A DNA stretch of 63,209 bases, filler included. It is 8 parts of 8 records of this genome, joined end to end, with 100 filler letters (N's around TTAATTAATTAA, not from the genome) between each part and the next. Parts side by side here need not be neighbours in the genome. Positions count along the whole stretch, not along the records: positions 15,629 to 24,857 come from SRR31147125_60380; positions 24,958 to 33,674 come from SRR31147125_60438; 6 more parts are not named here. One strand, 5' to 3'. Numbering within the stretch: the first letter of the stretch is position 1; every line of letters starts with the position of its first letter. Under the pieces are notes generated by a model. The model made no database searches and was not told the origin of the DNA. It was given only the letters and a program-made list of their open reading frames with translations. Made by a program: the position numbers and the translations under genes. Of this stretch, positions 21,626 to 30,996 are shown piece after piece.

Positions 21626-23041
21626 CTATTCTTTCCTTGTTTGTATATTCGGTGAACCGAGACGACAGACAGCTTCCGGACTGATCAATTCGTTAAATTC
21701 CTGTTCGGTCAGCATCTCTTTAGAAATGGCGATATCCTTTATACTTTTTCCTGTTTCCTGAGCCAGTTTTATTAATCGCGACACACCCTCATAACCTATT
21801 TTGCTCACCAACGCTGTGGCTGTAGCAGTGGAACTCTCCACATGCTGGCGGCAGCGTTCGCGGTTGGCTTCAAGACCTTCAATACAGTGTACTCTCATCA
21901 TCTCGCAGGCTCTTTGTAACAGGTCACAGCTTTCAAGTAAGCACTGAGCCAATAGAGGCAGGAAGGCATTTAATTCAAGGTTCCCTGACGCGGCAGCAAG
22001 TGCGATGGTCTGGTCATGTCCAAAAATCATCATGGCTGCCTGGGACACGGCTTCCGGGATAACCGGATTGACCTTGCCAGGCATAATGGAGGAGCCTGCC
22101 TGCTTTTGCGGCAGTTTTATCTCTCCAAGACCTGCCTGCGGTCCGGAAGACATCAGGCGTAAATCCGTGCTCACCTTGAGCAGGGAGGAGGCGTTTGCTT
22201 TCAGTATCCCCGAGACCTCCACGAAAACGTCATTGTTTTGCGTGGCCTCGATCAGGTTTTCGGCGCGGGCAAACCCGATCCCGGTCAAATCTCTCAGGTT
22301 GTCCACAACTCTGAAAATGTATTTACGCGGAGCTGCCAGTCCGGTGCCAATGGCTGTACCGCCCAGATTGACAACGCGCAGACGTTCCTCACACTTGTAA
22401 ATACGCCACCTGTCGCGATTAAAAGCCTCGGCATAGGCTGCCATTTCCCGTCCCAGTGTGGTTAGCACCGCATCCTGCAACTGGGTGCGGCCGATTTTGA
22501 CCACATCTGCAAATTCCTTTTCTTTTGCCTGAAAGGCCTCCTGCAATTTTACCACAGACTCCTCCAGACGGCGGATCAGCTGAATGGTTGCCAGCTTGAT
22601 GGCTGTCGGAAAGGTGTCATTGGTGGACTGATGTAAATTGATATCATCCAGGGGCGAAATAATGTCGTATTGTCCGGGTTGATGCCCTAAAATCTGTAAG
22701 GCGCGATTGGCCAGGACTTCGTTCACGTTCATGTTGAGCGATGTTCCGGCACCACCCTGCAGACTATCCACCAGAATGTAGTCAGATAACAATCCCTGCA
22801 TCATTTCATTGCAGGCACGTTCTATTGCATCCGCTTTTTCGTTTTTCCATACGCCCAGCCGGTTGTTGGTGCGGGCACAGGCCAGTTTGACAGCACCATA
22901 ACCCTGTATCAACTGCGGGTGAACAGGTCGTCCTGCCAGATTAAAATTATCCAGAGCGCGTTTTGTGTGAATCCCGTAAAGCGCATCAGCCGGAATCTGC
23001 TCCTCACCCACAAGGTCTTGTTCTAAACGATATTTATTCAC
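21626..23041 (-). CDS. aspA: Aspartate ammonia-lyase
   Basis: QGGAGTSLNMNVNE, QSTNDTFPTA, KIGRTQLQDA, GSSIMPGKVNPV; GTG start. Confidence 0.9.
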   Translation of the reverse strand: MNKYRLEQDLVGEEQIPADALYGIHTKRALDNFNLAGRPVHPQLIQGYGAVKLACARTNNRLGVWKNEKADAIERACNEMMQGLLSDYILVDSLQGGAGTSLNMNVNEVLANRALQILGHQPGQYDIISPLDDINLHQSTNDTFPTAIKLATIQLIRRLEESVVKLQEAFQAKEKEFADVVKIGRTQLQDAVLTTLGREMAAYAEAFNRDRWRIYKCEERLRVVNLGGTAIGTGLAAPRKYIFRVVDNLRDLTGIGFARAENLIEATQNNDVFVEVSGILKANASSLLKVSTDLRLMSSGPQAGLGEIKLPQKQAGSSIMPGKVNPVIPEAVSQAAMMIFGHDQTIALAAASGNLELNAFLPLLAQCLLESCDLLQRACEMMRVHCIEGLEANRERCRQHVESSTATATALVSKIGYEGVSRLIKLAQETGKSIKDIAISKEMLTEQEFNELISPEAVCRLGSPNIQTRKE

Positions 23042-23050
23042 AAATTTATC

Positions 23051-24448
23051 CTAACAAAAGACGTCTCTTTTTCCATCACGGACTTGTTTCACCATTTTTC
23101 GGGAACGTTCGGCTGGTTTTTCTTCCATAGAGGCAATCGCCTCTTCAATGGCCTTTTCACCAGCAGCCTTTGTGGTAGGCGTGCCATAATCTGATAAATA
23201 TTCCTGAAATGTAGAGACCGCATTGGGATCGCAGTGATGTTTGATATCACCGGGTTTGGCCAGGTCCATAAAGTCAGCCCCGGTTCGGCCCAGTCTGTAA
23301 CAACCGGTGCAGAACGAGGGAATATAACCCAGTTCTGCCACATCGCGGATCACCTCATCCAGGGTACGGTGATCTCCCAGGGAAAACTGACTGCTGTCAA
23401 TTTCTTCCTCTTCGGCGTAACCGCCCGGATTGGTTCGACTTCCGGCTGATATCTGGGAAACACCCAAAGCAAAGGTTTCGCGTCGCATGTCCGCTGTTTC
23501 ACGGGTAGACATGATGATGCCGGTATAAGGCACAGCCAGGCGTAAGATGGCTACCAGTTTGCGAAAATCAATATCAGATACCGGATAGGGAGGTTGACTG
23601 GCAACAGAAGACCCGGTGGCCGGTTCCAGTCGCGGTACACTGATGGTATGAGGACCGACACCAAATTTATCCTCTAAATGATGAATATGCTGCATCAGGG
23701 CCAAAGTTTCATAGCGCCAGTCAAAGAGCCCGAACAGCAAACCCACGCCAAGATCATCAATCCCGGCTTGCATGGCCCGATCCATGGCCGAAACACGCCA
23801 GTCATAATCTTTTTTCCTGCCGGCAAGGTGTACCTTTTTGTATGTATCCCGGTGATATGTTTCCTGAAAAAGTTGATACGTGCCAATATTTGCGGCTTTT
23901 AATTGTTTGAACTCATCCAGAGTCAAAGGTGCCACATTAGCATTGACACGGCGAATCTCGCCTGGTCCGCTGGTTGTTTTATAGATTGTATCAATGGCTT
24001 TCAGAACATAGTCGAATCCTTCCTTTGGATAAGACTCGCCAGCAACCAGTAAAACACGTTTATGCCCCTGTTCAATAAGCGCTTTTACCTCAAAAGCGAT
24101 TTCTTCCTGCGATAATGCCTTTCGATTGATGGCTTTGTTGCGCACTCGAAAGGCACAGTAGGTGCATTCATTTGAACAAAGATTTGAAATATATAATGGG
24201 GCAAAAAGCACTAGTCTTTTGCCATAGATTTCTTCCTTGACTTTTTTGGCTGTGTCAAACAGCTCACCTAACAGCTCCGGATCACTGATGCCCATGAGCA
24301 GGGCAACGTCTTCCATGGACAGCCCTTTCATTTCTGCTGCCTTGGCAATCACCTCGCGTATATGCCGGGATTCCTGCTTTGCGGCGGTTGATAGAATCTG
24401 TTCGATTTTCGAATCATCAATATAAGAAGAGTCAGTATTTGAATTCAT
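23051..24448 (-). CDS. hydG: [FeFe]-hydrogenase maturase (tyrosine lyase, CO/CN synthase), radical SAM
   Basis: FAPLYISNLCSNECTYC, YQLFQETY, GPHTISVPR, and C-terminal CX2CX22C (CTGC-22 aa-C), which separates HydG from ThiH. Confidence 0.96.
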   Translation of the reverse strand: MNSNTDSSYIDDSKIEQILSTAAKQESRHIREVIAKAAEMKGLSMEDVALLMGISDPELLGELFDTAKKVKEEIYGKRLVLFAPLYISNLCSNECTYCAFRVRNKAINRKALSQEEIAFEVKALIEQGHKRVLLVAGESYPKEGFDYVLKAIDTIYKTTSGPGEIRRVNANVAPLTLDEFKQLKAANIGTYQLFQETYHRDTYKKVHLAGRKKDYDWRVSAMDRAMQAGIDDLGVGLLFGLFDWRYETLALMQHIHHLEDKFGVGPHTISVPRLEPATGSSVASQPPYPVSDIDFRKLVAILRLAVPYTGIIMSTRETADMRRETFALGVSQISAGSRTNPGGYAEEEEIDSSQFSLGDHRTLDEVIRDVAELGYIPSFCTGCYRLGRTGADFMDLAKPGDIKHHCDPNAVSTFQEYLSDYGTPTTKAAGEKAIEEAIASMEEKPAERSRKMVKQVRDGKRDVFC

Positions 24449-24748
24449 ATCGGCAAACCTTTTCGATTGTAAATAGTAAGATTTATGGCGCTTATTTTAG
24501 GGTATTGAAACGCATTTGGATGATGTTTTATTTTATTAAAATTTATACCAATCTTTAATTTTATCAAAACTTGAGAAAAAAGCAAGTAGTTTCGGGAACA
24601 CTGGGCTAATGTTGACGTTTTAATTATATAATTAGCAAGGCTGATGCAGCCATTATGCTCGGAACAATTACAAAACCTTCGTTCATGCTGAAAATAGCTC
24701 TTCCCAGGAGCTTATAAAAGAATCATATTATCAAGCGTCAATTAAGGC

Positions 24749-24855
24749 GTCATGCGGAGTCGAAGCATAAAAGTCCTGAAAACATTACAAAAAATCCGGA
24801 TTTATTCGAGGCTGGTTCCTTTTTATAGTGGTCCCTCGACTCCGCTCGGGATGAC
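24749..24855. repeat. REP-like inverted repeat pair
   Basis: GTCATGCGGAGTCGAAGCAT ... CCCTCGACTCCGCTCGGGATGAC; the 10-bp core GCGGAGTCGA/TCGACTCCGC is complementary; it sits at the contig break. Confidence 0.55.
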
Positions 24856-25018
24856 CTNNNNNNNNNNNNNNNNNNNNNNNNNNNNNNNNNNNNNNNNNNN
24901 NTTAATTAATTAANNNNNNNNNNNNNNNNNNNNNNNNNNNNNNNNNNNNNNNNNNNNACATCCGCATATCTTTCATTGGTACAAAGTGTTGTGCCGGCAA
25001 GCAAAAGCAGGAATCAGA

Positions 25019-25975
25019 ATGATAACCTATCAGGATATTGTAGATACACAAAAAAGAATTGCATCCCACATATACCATTGCCATCTGGTACGCAATGGTG
25101 AGTTGAGTTCTCAGTACAACAGCAGCATATACTTCAAGCCGGAGAACTTCCAGCTGACGGGATCGTTCAAGATTCGTGGCGCGCTCAGTAAGATTCTCAC
25201 GCTGACTGATAAAGAGAAAAAGCGGGGTATAGTGACTGCATCTTCGGGGAATCATGCCCTCGGTGTAGCTTATGCCGCCCAGCTCGTAGGCGCAAAAGCG
25301 ATTATAGTTATGCCTGAGGATGCCAGGGAGAGAAAGGTTGCCGGAGTCAAAGCGCTTGGGTCCGATGTTGTGCAGTGTGGGGAAACTCCGCTGGACCGTT
25401 ATGAAGAGGTTTACCGTATTATAGATGAAAAGGGCTGTACTCTGGTGCACTCCTGCGATGATCCCCATGTGATTACCGGGCAGGGGACTGTCGGTTTGGA
25501 GATAGTCCAGGAGATGGAACATATCGATTCGGTTATTGTTCCGCTGGGTGCGGGTGCCTTAATCGGTGGAATCGGCTGCGCGGTTAAACAGCTCAGTCCA
25601 AAAACTCGCATAATCGGAGTTGAACCGGAAAATATTCCCAGATTTACGGAAAGTCTGAAATTGCAGAAACCGGTTACTGTTCCGGCCAAAGAGACTATCG
25701 CGGATGGATTGTGTATGACGAAAACGTATCCATCATTGTATGAGTTGATTGACGCGTATGTTGATGATGTGGTTACTGCTTCCGAGGAGTCGATCCTGGA
25801 GGCAACCAGAGCGATGCTGGATAGTGGTAAGATGGTTTGTGAGCCGTCGGCAGCAATAGGCTTGGCGGGAGTAATATCAGGGAAAATTGAACTTGCAGTC
25901 GGTGGAAATCATGTTATTGTATTGACTGGCGGTAATATTGCAATAGATTCACTCTATGAACTGATCAATGAGTGA
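25019..25975 (+). CDS. PLP fold-type II Ser/Thr dehydratase-like enzyme (no ACT domain)
   Basis: ENFQLTGSFKIRGA, SSGNHA, GQGT, TIADGL, EPSAA, TGGN. Confidence 0.9.
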   Translation: MITYQDIVDTQKRIASHIYHCHLVRNGELSSQYNSSIYFKPENFQLTGSFKIRGALSKILTLTDKEKKRGIVTASSGNHALGVAYAAQLVGAKAIIVMPEDARERKVAGVKALGSDVVQCGETPLDRYEEVYRIIDEKGCTLVHSCDDPHVITGQGTVGLEIVQEMEHIDSVIVPLGAGALIGGIGCAVKQLSPKTRIIGVEPENIPRFTESLKLQKPVTVPAKETIADGLCMTKTYPSLYELIDAYVDDVVTASEESILEATRAMLDSGKMVCEPSAAIGLAGVISGKIELAVGGNHVIVLTGGNIAIDSLYELINE

Positions 25976-26007
25976 TACGTTATACATGGTAATTGTTAGG
26001 TGGAAGC

Positions 26008-26658
26008 ATGATTAATAATATTGTTGAAAAGTATAAACCAATTGTCGATATGATGGCCGAAACTTTCGGTCCGGAATGTGAAATTGTCATTCACGATCTT
26101 TCGGTACCGCAGAATTCGGTGGTCTATACCATCAACAGCCATGTAACCGGTAGAAAAGTGGGGCAGAGTTTCGAACACCTGGTTACCCAAGTGCTGCTAT
26201 CCCAGAATTTTCACAATAATTACGCATCTAACTACCATTACAAAACGCCGGATGGTCGGGTCATTCGATCTTCAACGGTTCTGCTGCGGGATGATGATGA
26301 AAAAGTTGTTGCCGCAATCTGCGTTAATATCGATACGAAAATAACCGAGATCCCTACTCAGGAAGAGGTCGTTGTTGATATCAATAAGCTGGATCAGTAC
26401 CCGGTAGGAAAAGATAATGACTTGGAATCGGTATCGCATGTCATGGAAATTGTTGATGACCTGATCGAGAAAATTATTCCGGGCAGGGAAATCGGTAAGC
26501 TGAAACGTGAAGAGAAACTTGAACTGGTGCAGTTTATGTATAGAAAAGGCATTTTCCTGATTAAAGGGGCTATCGATAAGGTCTCTGAAAGACTTGGAGT
26601 CTCCAAGGTGACAGTCTATAGTTATATCGATGATATTAAAGAGGGAAACGGGAAATAA
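26008..26658 (+). CDS. YheO/DauR-like PAS-HTH transcriptional regulator
   Basis: FGPECEIVIHDL, VTGRKVG, IRSST, C-terminal GIFLIKGAIDKVSERLGVSKVTVYSY. Confidence 0.9.
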   Translation: MINNIVEKYKPIVDMMAETFGPECEIVIHDLSVPQNSVVYTINSHVTGRKVGQSFEHLVTQVLLSQNFHNNYASNYHYKTPDGRVIRSSTVLLRDDDEKVVAAICVNIDTKITEIPTQEEVVVDINKLDQYPVGKDNDLESVSHVMEIVDDLIEKIIPGREIGKLKREEKLELVQFMYRKGIFLIKGAIDKVSERLGVSKVTVYSYIDDIKEGNGK

Positions 26659-26707
26659 CCGTTTACTACGAATTCGGGAAATTCCCGGTTAGTGAAGATA
26701 ACATATT

Positions 26708-27853
26708 ATGAAAAATATTAAGGATAAGCTGCTGGCCGTTCCCGGTCCAGGCAATATTCCATCTGAAATTCTTGAAGTGATGGGTAGGGACGTTACACAT
26801 CACAGGACCCGTGAATTTACTGAAATGTACACCGATCTGCATAGAAAACTGAAACTGGTGTTCGATTCAGCAAATCCATTGGCCATATTAAGCACCAGCG
26901 GGACAGGCGGCATGGAAGCCGCAGTTGTGAATCTGTTTTCAGAACATGATAAGGTACTGGTGATAAATGCCGGCTTTTTCGGTGAGCGATTTGCGCAAAT
27001 CTGCCGAATATATAAGCTGAATGTGCATACATTGGATTATCCTTGGGGTGAAACTTATCGACTGCAGGATGTTGAGCGCTTCATTGGTGAGAACCCTGAT
27101 CTGAAGGGTATTCTGATCACCTATAATGAGACTTCCACTGGGGTACTGCATCCCGTTGAACCGATTGCCAAACTGACAAAGGATACCCCCATACTGACTG
27201 TTGTGGACGCGAACAGCGGGTTGATAGCCAATCCGTTCACATTTGATCAGTGGGGAATTGACTGTGCCGTCGGGTGCAGTCAGAAGGGGTTGAGTCTTCC
27301 GGTTGGATTGGCATTTATAGCTTTAAGCCGGAAAGCGCTGGATGTGATGAAAACCAGCAGCCTCCCGAAATTTTATTTCAATCTGCAAACCTATCTCGAT
27401 GCGCTCAATGAGCACGGATTTCCACCGTTTTCCCCCAATCTCAGTGTTATGAGGGCGGCTGATCTCGCACTCGATATACTGCTGGATAAGGGCCTGGAAA
27501 CTATTCAGGCAGAAAGCCGGGAGCTGCGAGCTCACGTAGCCGGACGAATCCGTAATATGGGACTGGGGATATTTACCAAGGATGATAAAAATCTTACTTT
27601 GACAGGCGGTATTTCAGCTGTTTCGTCATCGGGAGTAGTGGTGGACCTGAAAAACCGGATATCAATGAAAAAAATGAAAGACGATTTCGACAGGGAGTAC
27701 GATATCATCCTCTCGGTCGGGAAGAATGAGTTTGCCGATACTCATTGGCGGATCGGACTGCTTCCACCGATGGACAGGAAAAAAATTGATTATGTACTGG
27801 ATCTTGTCGAACAGTATATCACTGCAGGGAATGAAAAACAGGAGATGTTATGA
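26708..27853 (+). CDS. Class V aminotransferase (serine/alanine-glyoxylate type)
   Basis: PGP, HHRT, SGTGGMEAA, NETSTG, SQKGLSLPVGL PLP-lysine motif. Confidence 0.88.
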   Translation: MKNIKDKLLAVPGPGNIPSEILEVMGRDVTHHRTREFTEMYTDLHRKLKLVFDSANPLAILSTSGTGGMEAAVVNLFSEHDKVLVINAGFFGERFAQICRIYKLNVHTLDYPWGETYRLQDVERFIGENPDLKGILITYNETSTGVLHPVEPIAKLTKDTPILTVVDANSGLIANPFTFDQWGIDCAVGCSQKGLSLPVGLAFIALSRKALDVMKTSSLPKFYFNLQTYLDALNEHGFPPFSPNLSVMRAADLALDILLDKGLETIQAESRELRAHVAGRIRNMGLGIFTKDDKNLTLTGGISAVSSSGVVVDLKNRISMKKMKDDFDREYDIILSVGKNEFADTHWRIGLLPPMDRKKIDYVLDLVEQYITAGNEKQEML

Positions 27854-28917
27854 GTAGCGAATCAATACAACTATTATGTGAACTATCCAATCTGCCGGGA
27901 CCGCCGTCAGGAGAAAAACCTGTCAGGGAGTATTTACGGAAAAAGTATGAACCGATAGCAGATGAGCTGCTGTTTGACAACCTTGGCGGCATCTTCGCCG
28001 TGAAAAAAAGTAAGAGTCCCGATGCTCCGCGCCTGCTGATGGCCGGACATATGGATGAGGTCGGGTTCATGGTCACCTCCGTAACCCCTAACGGCAAACT
28101 GTGCATACAGAAGCTGGGAAATGTACTGGATGCTTCCCTGATTTCTCAGCGCGTACAGGTGCAGGTAAAGGATGAGTTGATTACAGGGCTTATTGTTCCC
28201 TGGGCATCAGACCCCAGCAGAACCGCGCTGGAGAGCACGGACAGCGTTGTTGTCGATATCGGGGCAGACAGTGCTGATCAAGTGCATTCATGGAATATCT
28301 ACCCGGGACAACTGGTAACCTTTGATACAAGAGCGCAAGTTATGCAGGATGGTAAAAAGCTGCTTGGCAAGGCCTGGGACGATAGAGCCGGATGCGCAAT
28401 GGGTTACCGTACCATGCTCGGCCTGCAGGATGAAGAGCTGGGTTGTGAACTGGTGTGCGGAGGAACAGTGCAGGAAGAGGGTGGACGCAGAGGTGCGGAT
28501 GCCGCTGCGAATCTCGTGAAGCCGGACCTCTTTCTGGCACTGGAAGGACCTCTGGCAGAGGATATAAATGGAGACAAGCAGGCCTTTGGCAGATTGGGAG
28601 ACGGGGTGCTGTTTCGCGTTCTGGACAGAGAGCTGAAGCTGGCACCGGAACTGCGTGAATTCTTTCTGGATATCGCACATACTCATAAGATTCCCTATCA
28701 GTTCTACCGTTCCAAAGGTGGAACCGACGCGGGAATTGTTCAGAGAACAGGAAATGGGGTATTGTCGGCAGTGATAGCCGTTCCGGCCCGCACCCGACAT
28801 ACATCCGAATCAATAATACATATTGATGATTTTGAAGCAGCTGTCGAATTTTTGAAACAATTCTCCCGAGCCTTAAACCGCTCAACCTATGAATCACTGC
28901 TTCCCTGGACACCATAA
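27850..28917 (+). CDS. M42 family aminopeptidase
   Basis: AGHMDEVG, KAWDDRAG, VQEE, GGTDAG, C-terminal His; ATGA overlap with the upstream gene. Confidence 0.9.
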   Translation: MSSESIQLLCELSNLPGPPSGEKPVREYLRKKYEPIADELLFDNLGGIFAVKKSKSPDAPRLLMAGHMDEVGFMVTSVTPNGKLCIQKLGNVLDASLISQRVQVQVKDELITGLIVPWASDPSRTALESTDSVVVDIGADSADQVHSWNIYPGQLVTFDTRAQVMQDGKKLLGKAWDDRAGCAMGYRTMLGLQDEELGCELVCGGTVQEEGGRRGADAAANLVKPDLFLALEGPLAEDINGDKQAFGRLGDGVLFRVLDRELKLAPELREFFLDIAHTHKIPYQFYRSKGGTDAGIVQRTGNGVLSAVIAVPARTRHTSESIIHIDDFEAAVEFLKQFSRALNRSTYESLLPWTP

Positions 28918-28936
28918 AAAAAGGAAAACAACAACT

Positions 28937-29949
28937 ATGAATACATTGATGAATAAGCCACCAGCTGGAACCTTGATACTCAATTCAGAAGATATAGCCT
29001 CCCTCTTGCCACTGGAAAATTACATAACGATTATGGAGGAGGCCTTTACGAATTATGTAAACGGTAATACGTATGGTGTTCGCATGCTGCACGAAGCTTC
29101 CGAGCAGGTTGAATACCATTTTAAAAGCGGCGGGATCATACAGGATGGCAACAGCTATTATGCGCTGAAGGCTAATTCTTTCTCATTCAGAAACGCGAAA
29201 GAGTTCGATTTGCCTAGTATTCAGGGAACAATAATCCTTTTTCCGGTGATTTTGCTTTTCCCCTGGCAATTCTTGACTCAGTTGTTATAACTACACGAAG
29301 AACCGGCGCGGCAGGAGCCATGGCGGCTAAGTATCTGTCCCGGGAAAATTCCGAAACAGTACTGGTATGCGGAGCCGGGACACAGGGAGGCATTCAGCTT
29401 GAAGCCCTGACCAAGGTACGCCAGATAAAAAAAGCGTATGTGTGGGATATGATAAAAGCTCAACGGGAACAATATGCCGATCTGATAGGTAAGCGGCTGG
29501 GTATTGAAATCATCCCGGTTGATTCACCATCCGATGTATCCAGAAATGTCGATATCATTATCACGGCAACTCCCTCCACCAAAGCACTGATTACGAAGGC
29601 TGATGTGTCAGCAGGGACCTTTATCGCGGCTGTGGGTGCTGACAGTGCTCACAAGCAGGAGATGGACCCTGCATTGGTTGCATCGGTTAAACTCGTAACC
29701 GATATCACGGAGCAGTGCGTGAAGGTCGGTGATCTGCACCATGCCGTAGAGGCCGGTTTAATGACTGCCGATGATATTTATGGTTCAATAGGGGAGATAA
29801 CCGCCGGACTGAAACCGGGAAGGCAAAGTGATGATGAGATTATCATGTACGATGCCACTGGTACCGCACTGCAGGATGCTGCCGGGGCGGTTGCCTGTTA
29901 TAAAAAAGCGATGGAAAGTGAAACAGGAAATCTTATTGCGTTGAACTGA
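28937..29949 (+). CDS. Ornithine cyclodeaminase/mu-crystallin family imine reductase, frameshifted at T5 29238-29242
   Basis: One added T gives IILFSGDFAFPLAILDSVVITTRRTGAAGAMAAKYL; GAGTQG, VGAD, DATGTALQD. Confidence 0.85.
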
Positions 29950-29965
29950 TACTGAGGAGTTGTTG

Positions 29966-30964
29966 ATGGGTTCTGAACATTCATTCACAAAAGAGATACT
30001 TATTGAAGCAAGGGACAGGATTAATCCCTTTATCCACAAAACACCGCTTTTTACCTGTTCCACCATCAATGAGATGACTGGGGCGGAGCTCTTCTTTAAA
30101 GCGGAAAATCTGCAGAAAGTCGGCGCGTTCAAGTTTCGAGGAGCCTGCAACGCCGTTTTCTCACTAACTGATGCAGAAGCAGCCAAGGGAGTAGTTACCC
30201 ACTCATCGGGAAATCATGCCCAGGCCTTGAGTCTGGCAGCCCGTATGCGCGGTGTTCCGGCCTATATCGTTATGCCCAGCAATGCGCCTACCGTGAAAGT
30301 TGCGGCAGTAAAGGGATATGGGGCACAGATCACGTTTTGCGAACCGACCTTACAGGCACGCGAGAGTACTGCTGAAAAAATAATAGCCGAGACCGGGGCA
30401 TATTTTGTGCATCCCTACAATAATGAACGGATTATAGCCGGTCAGGCATCGGCTGCATTGGAAATACTGGATGATATCGGTTCCTGCGATTTTATTATTG
30501 CACCGGTCGGCGGAGGCGGACTACTGTCAGGAACAGCCTTGGCTGCCAAATTTACAGCCCCTGCTGTACAGGTTTTTGGGGCAGAGCCGGATGGTGCCGA
30601 TGATGCCTATCGCTCATATACATCCGGGAAGCTGATTCCGCAGACGGGTCCGAAGACTATTGCGGACGGATTACTTACCAGTCTGGGAACGATCACCTGG
30701 CCTATCGTGCGCGATACAGTTGATGATATTGTCACATGCTCTGAAGAGAGCATCGTGAAAGCCATGCGCCTGATATGGGAGCGTATGAAACTGGTAATTG
30801 AACCATCCAGCGCCGTACCTCTGGCATGTATTCTTGAAGAGAAACTGAATATCCGTGGAAAGAGAGGCGCAATCATCTTGAGCGGCGGTAATATAGACCT
30901 GAACAAGCTGCCCTGGCTGAAAAATCCGTCAACGGATTTTGGGACATTAAATGAAATTCATTGA
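29966..30964 (+). CDS. Serine racemase / beta-hydroxyaspartate dehydratase-like PLP enzyme
   Basis: ENLQKVGAFKFRGA, THSSGNHAQA, VHPYN, ADDAYRS, EPSSAVPLA, SGGNIDLNKLPW; GAGGAG RBS. Confidence 0.9.
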   Translation: MGSEHSFTKEILIEARDRINPFIHKTPLFTCSTINEMTGAELFFKAENLQKVGAFKFRGACNAVFSLTDAEAAKGVVTHSSGNHAQALSLAARMRGVPAYIVMPSNAPTVKVAAVKGYGAQITFCEPTLQARESTAEKIIAETGAYFVHPYNNERIIAGQASAALEILDDIGSCDFIIAPVGGGGLLSGTALAAKFTAPAVQVFGAEPDGADDAYRSYTSGKLIPQTGPKTIADGLLTSLGTITWPIVRDTVDDIVTCSEESIVKAMRLIWERMKLVIEPSSAVPLACILEEKLNIRGKRGAIILSGGNIDLNKLPWLKNPSTDFGTLNEIH

Positions 30965-30990
30965 CGCTTAATGTAAAATTTTAGTACCAT
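30961..30990 (+). promoter_or_regulatory. Sigma-70-type promoter, probably leaderless, for def-fmt
   Basis: TTGACG-N18-TACCAT, 6 nt before ATG 30997, no SD sequence. Confidence 0.6.
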
Positions 30991-30996
30991 ACCTGT

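Noticed and set aside
23051-24448. thiH or bioB calls for the radical SAM genes
   Set aside because: The C-terminal CX2CX22C motif, HydE-specific motifs and adjacency to hydF identify hydG and hydE.
26675-26687. CGGGAA-A-TTCCCG palindrome after the YheO-type regulator
   Set aside because: A single short palindrome with no second copy at another promoter; not enough to call an operator.
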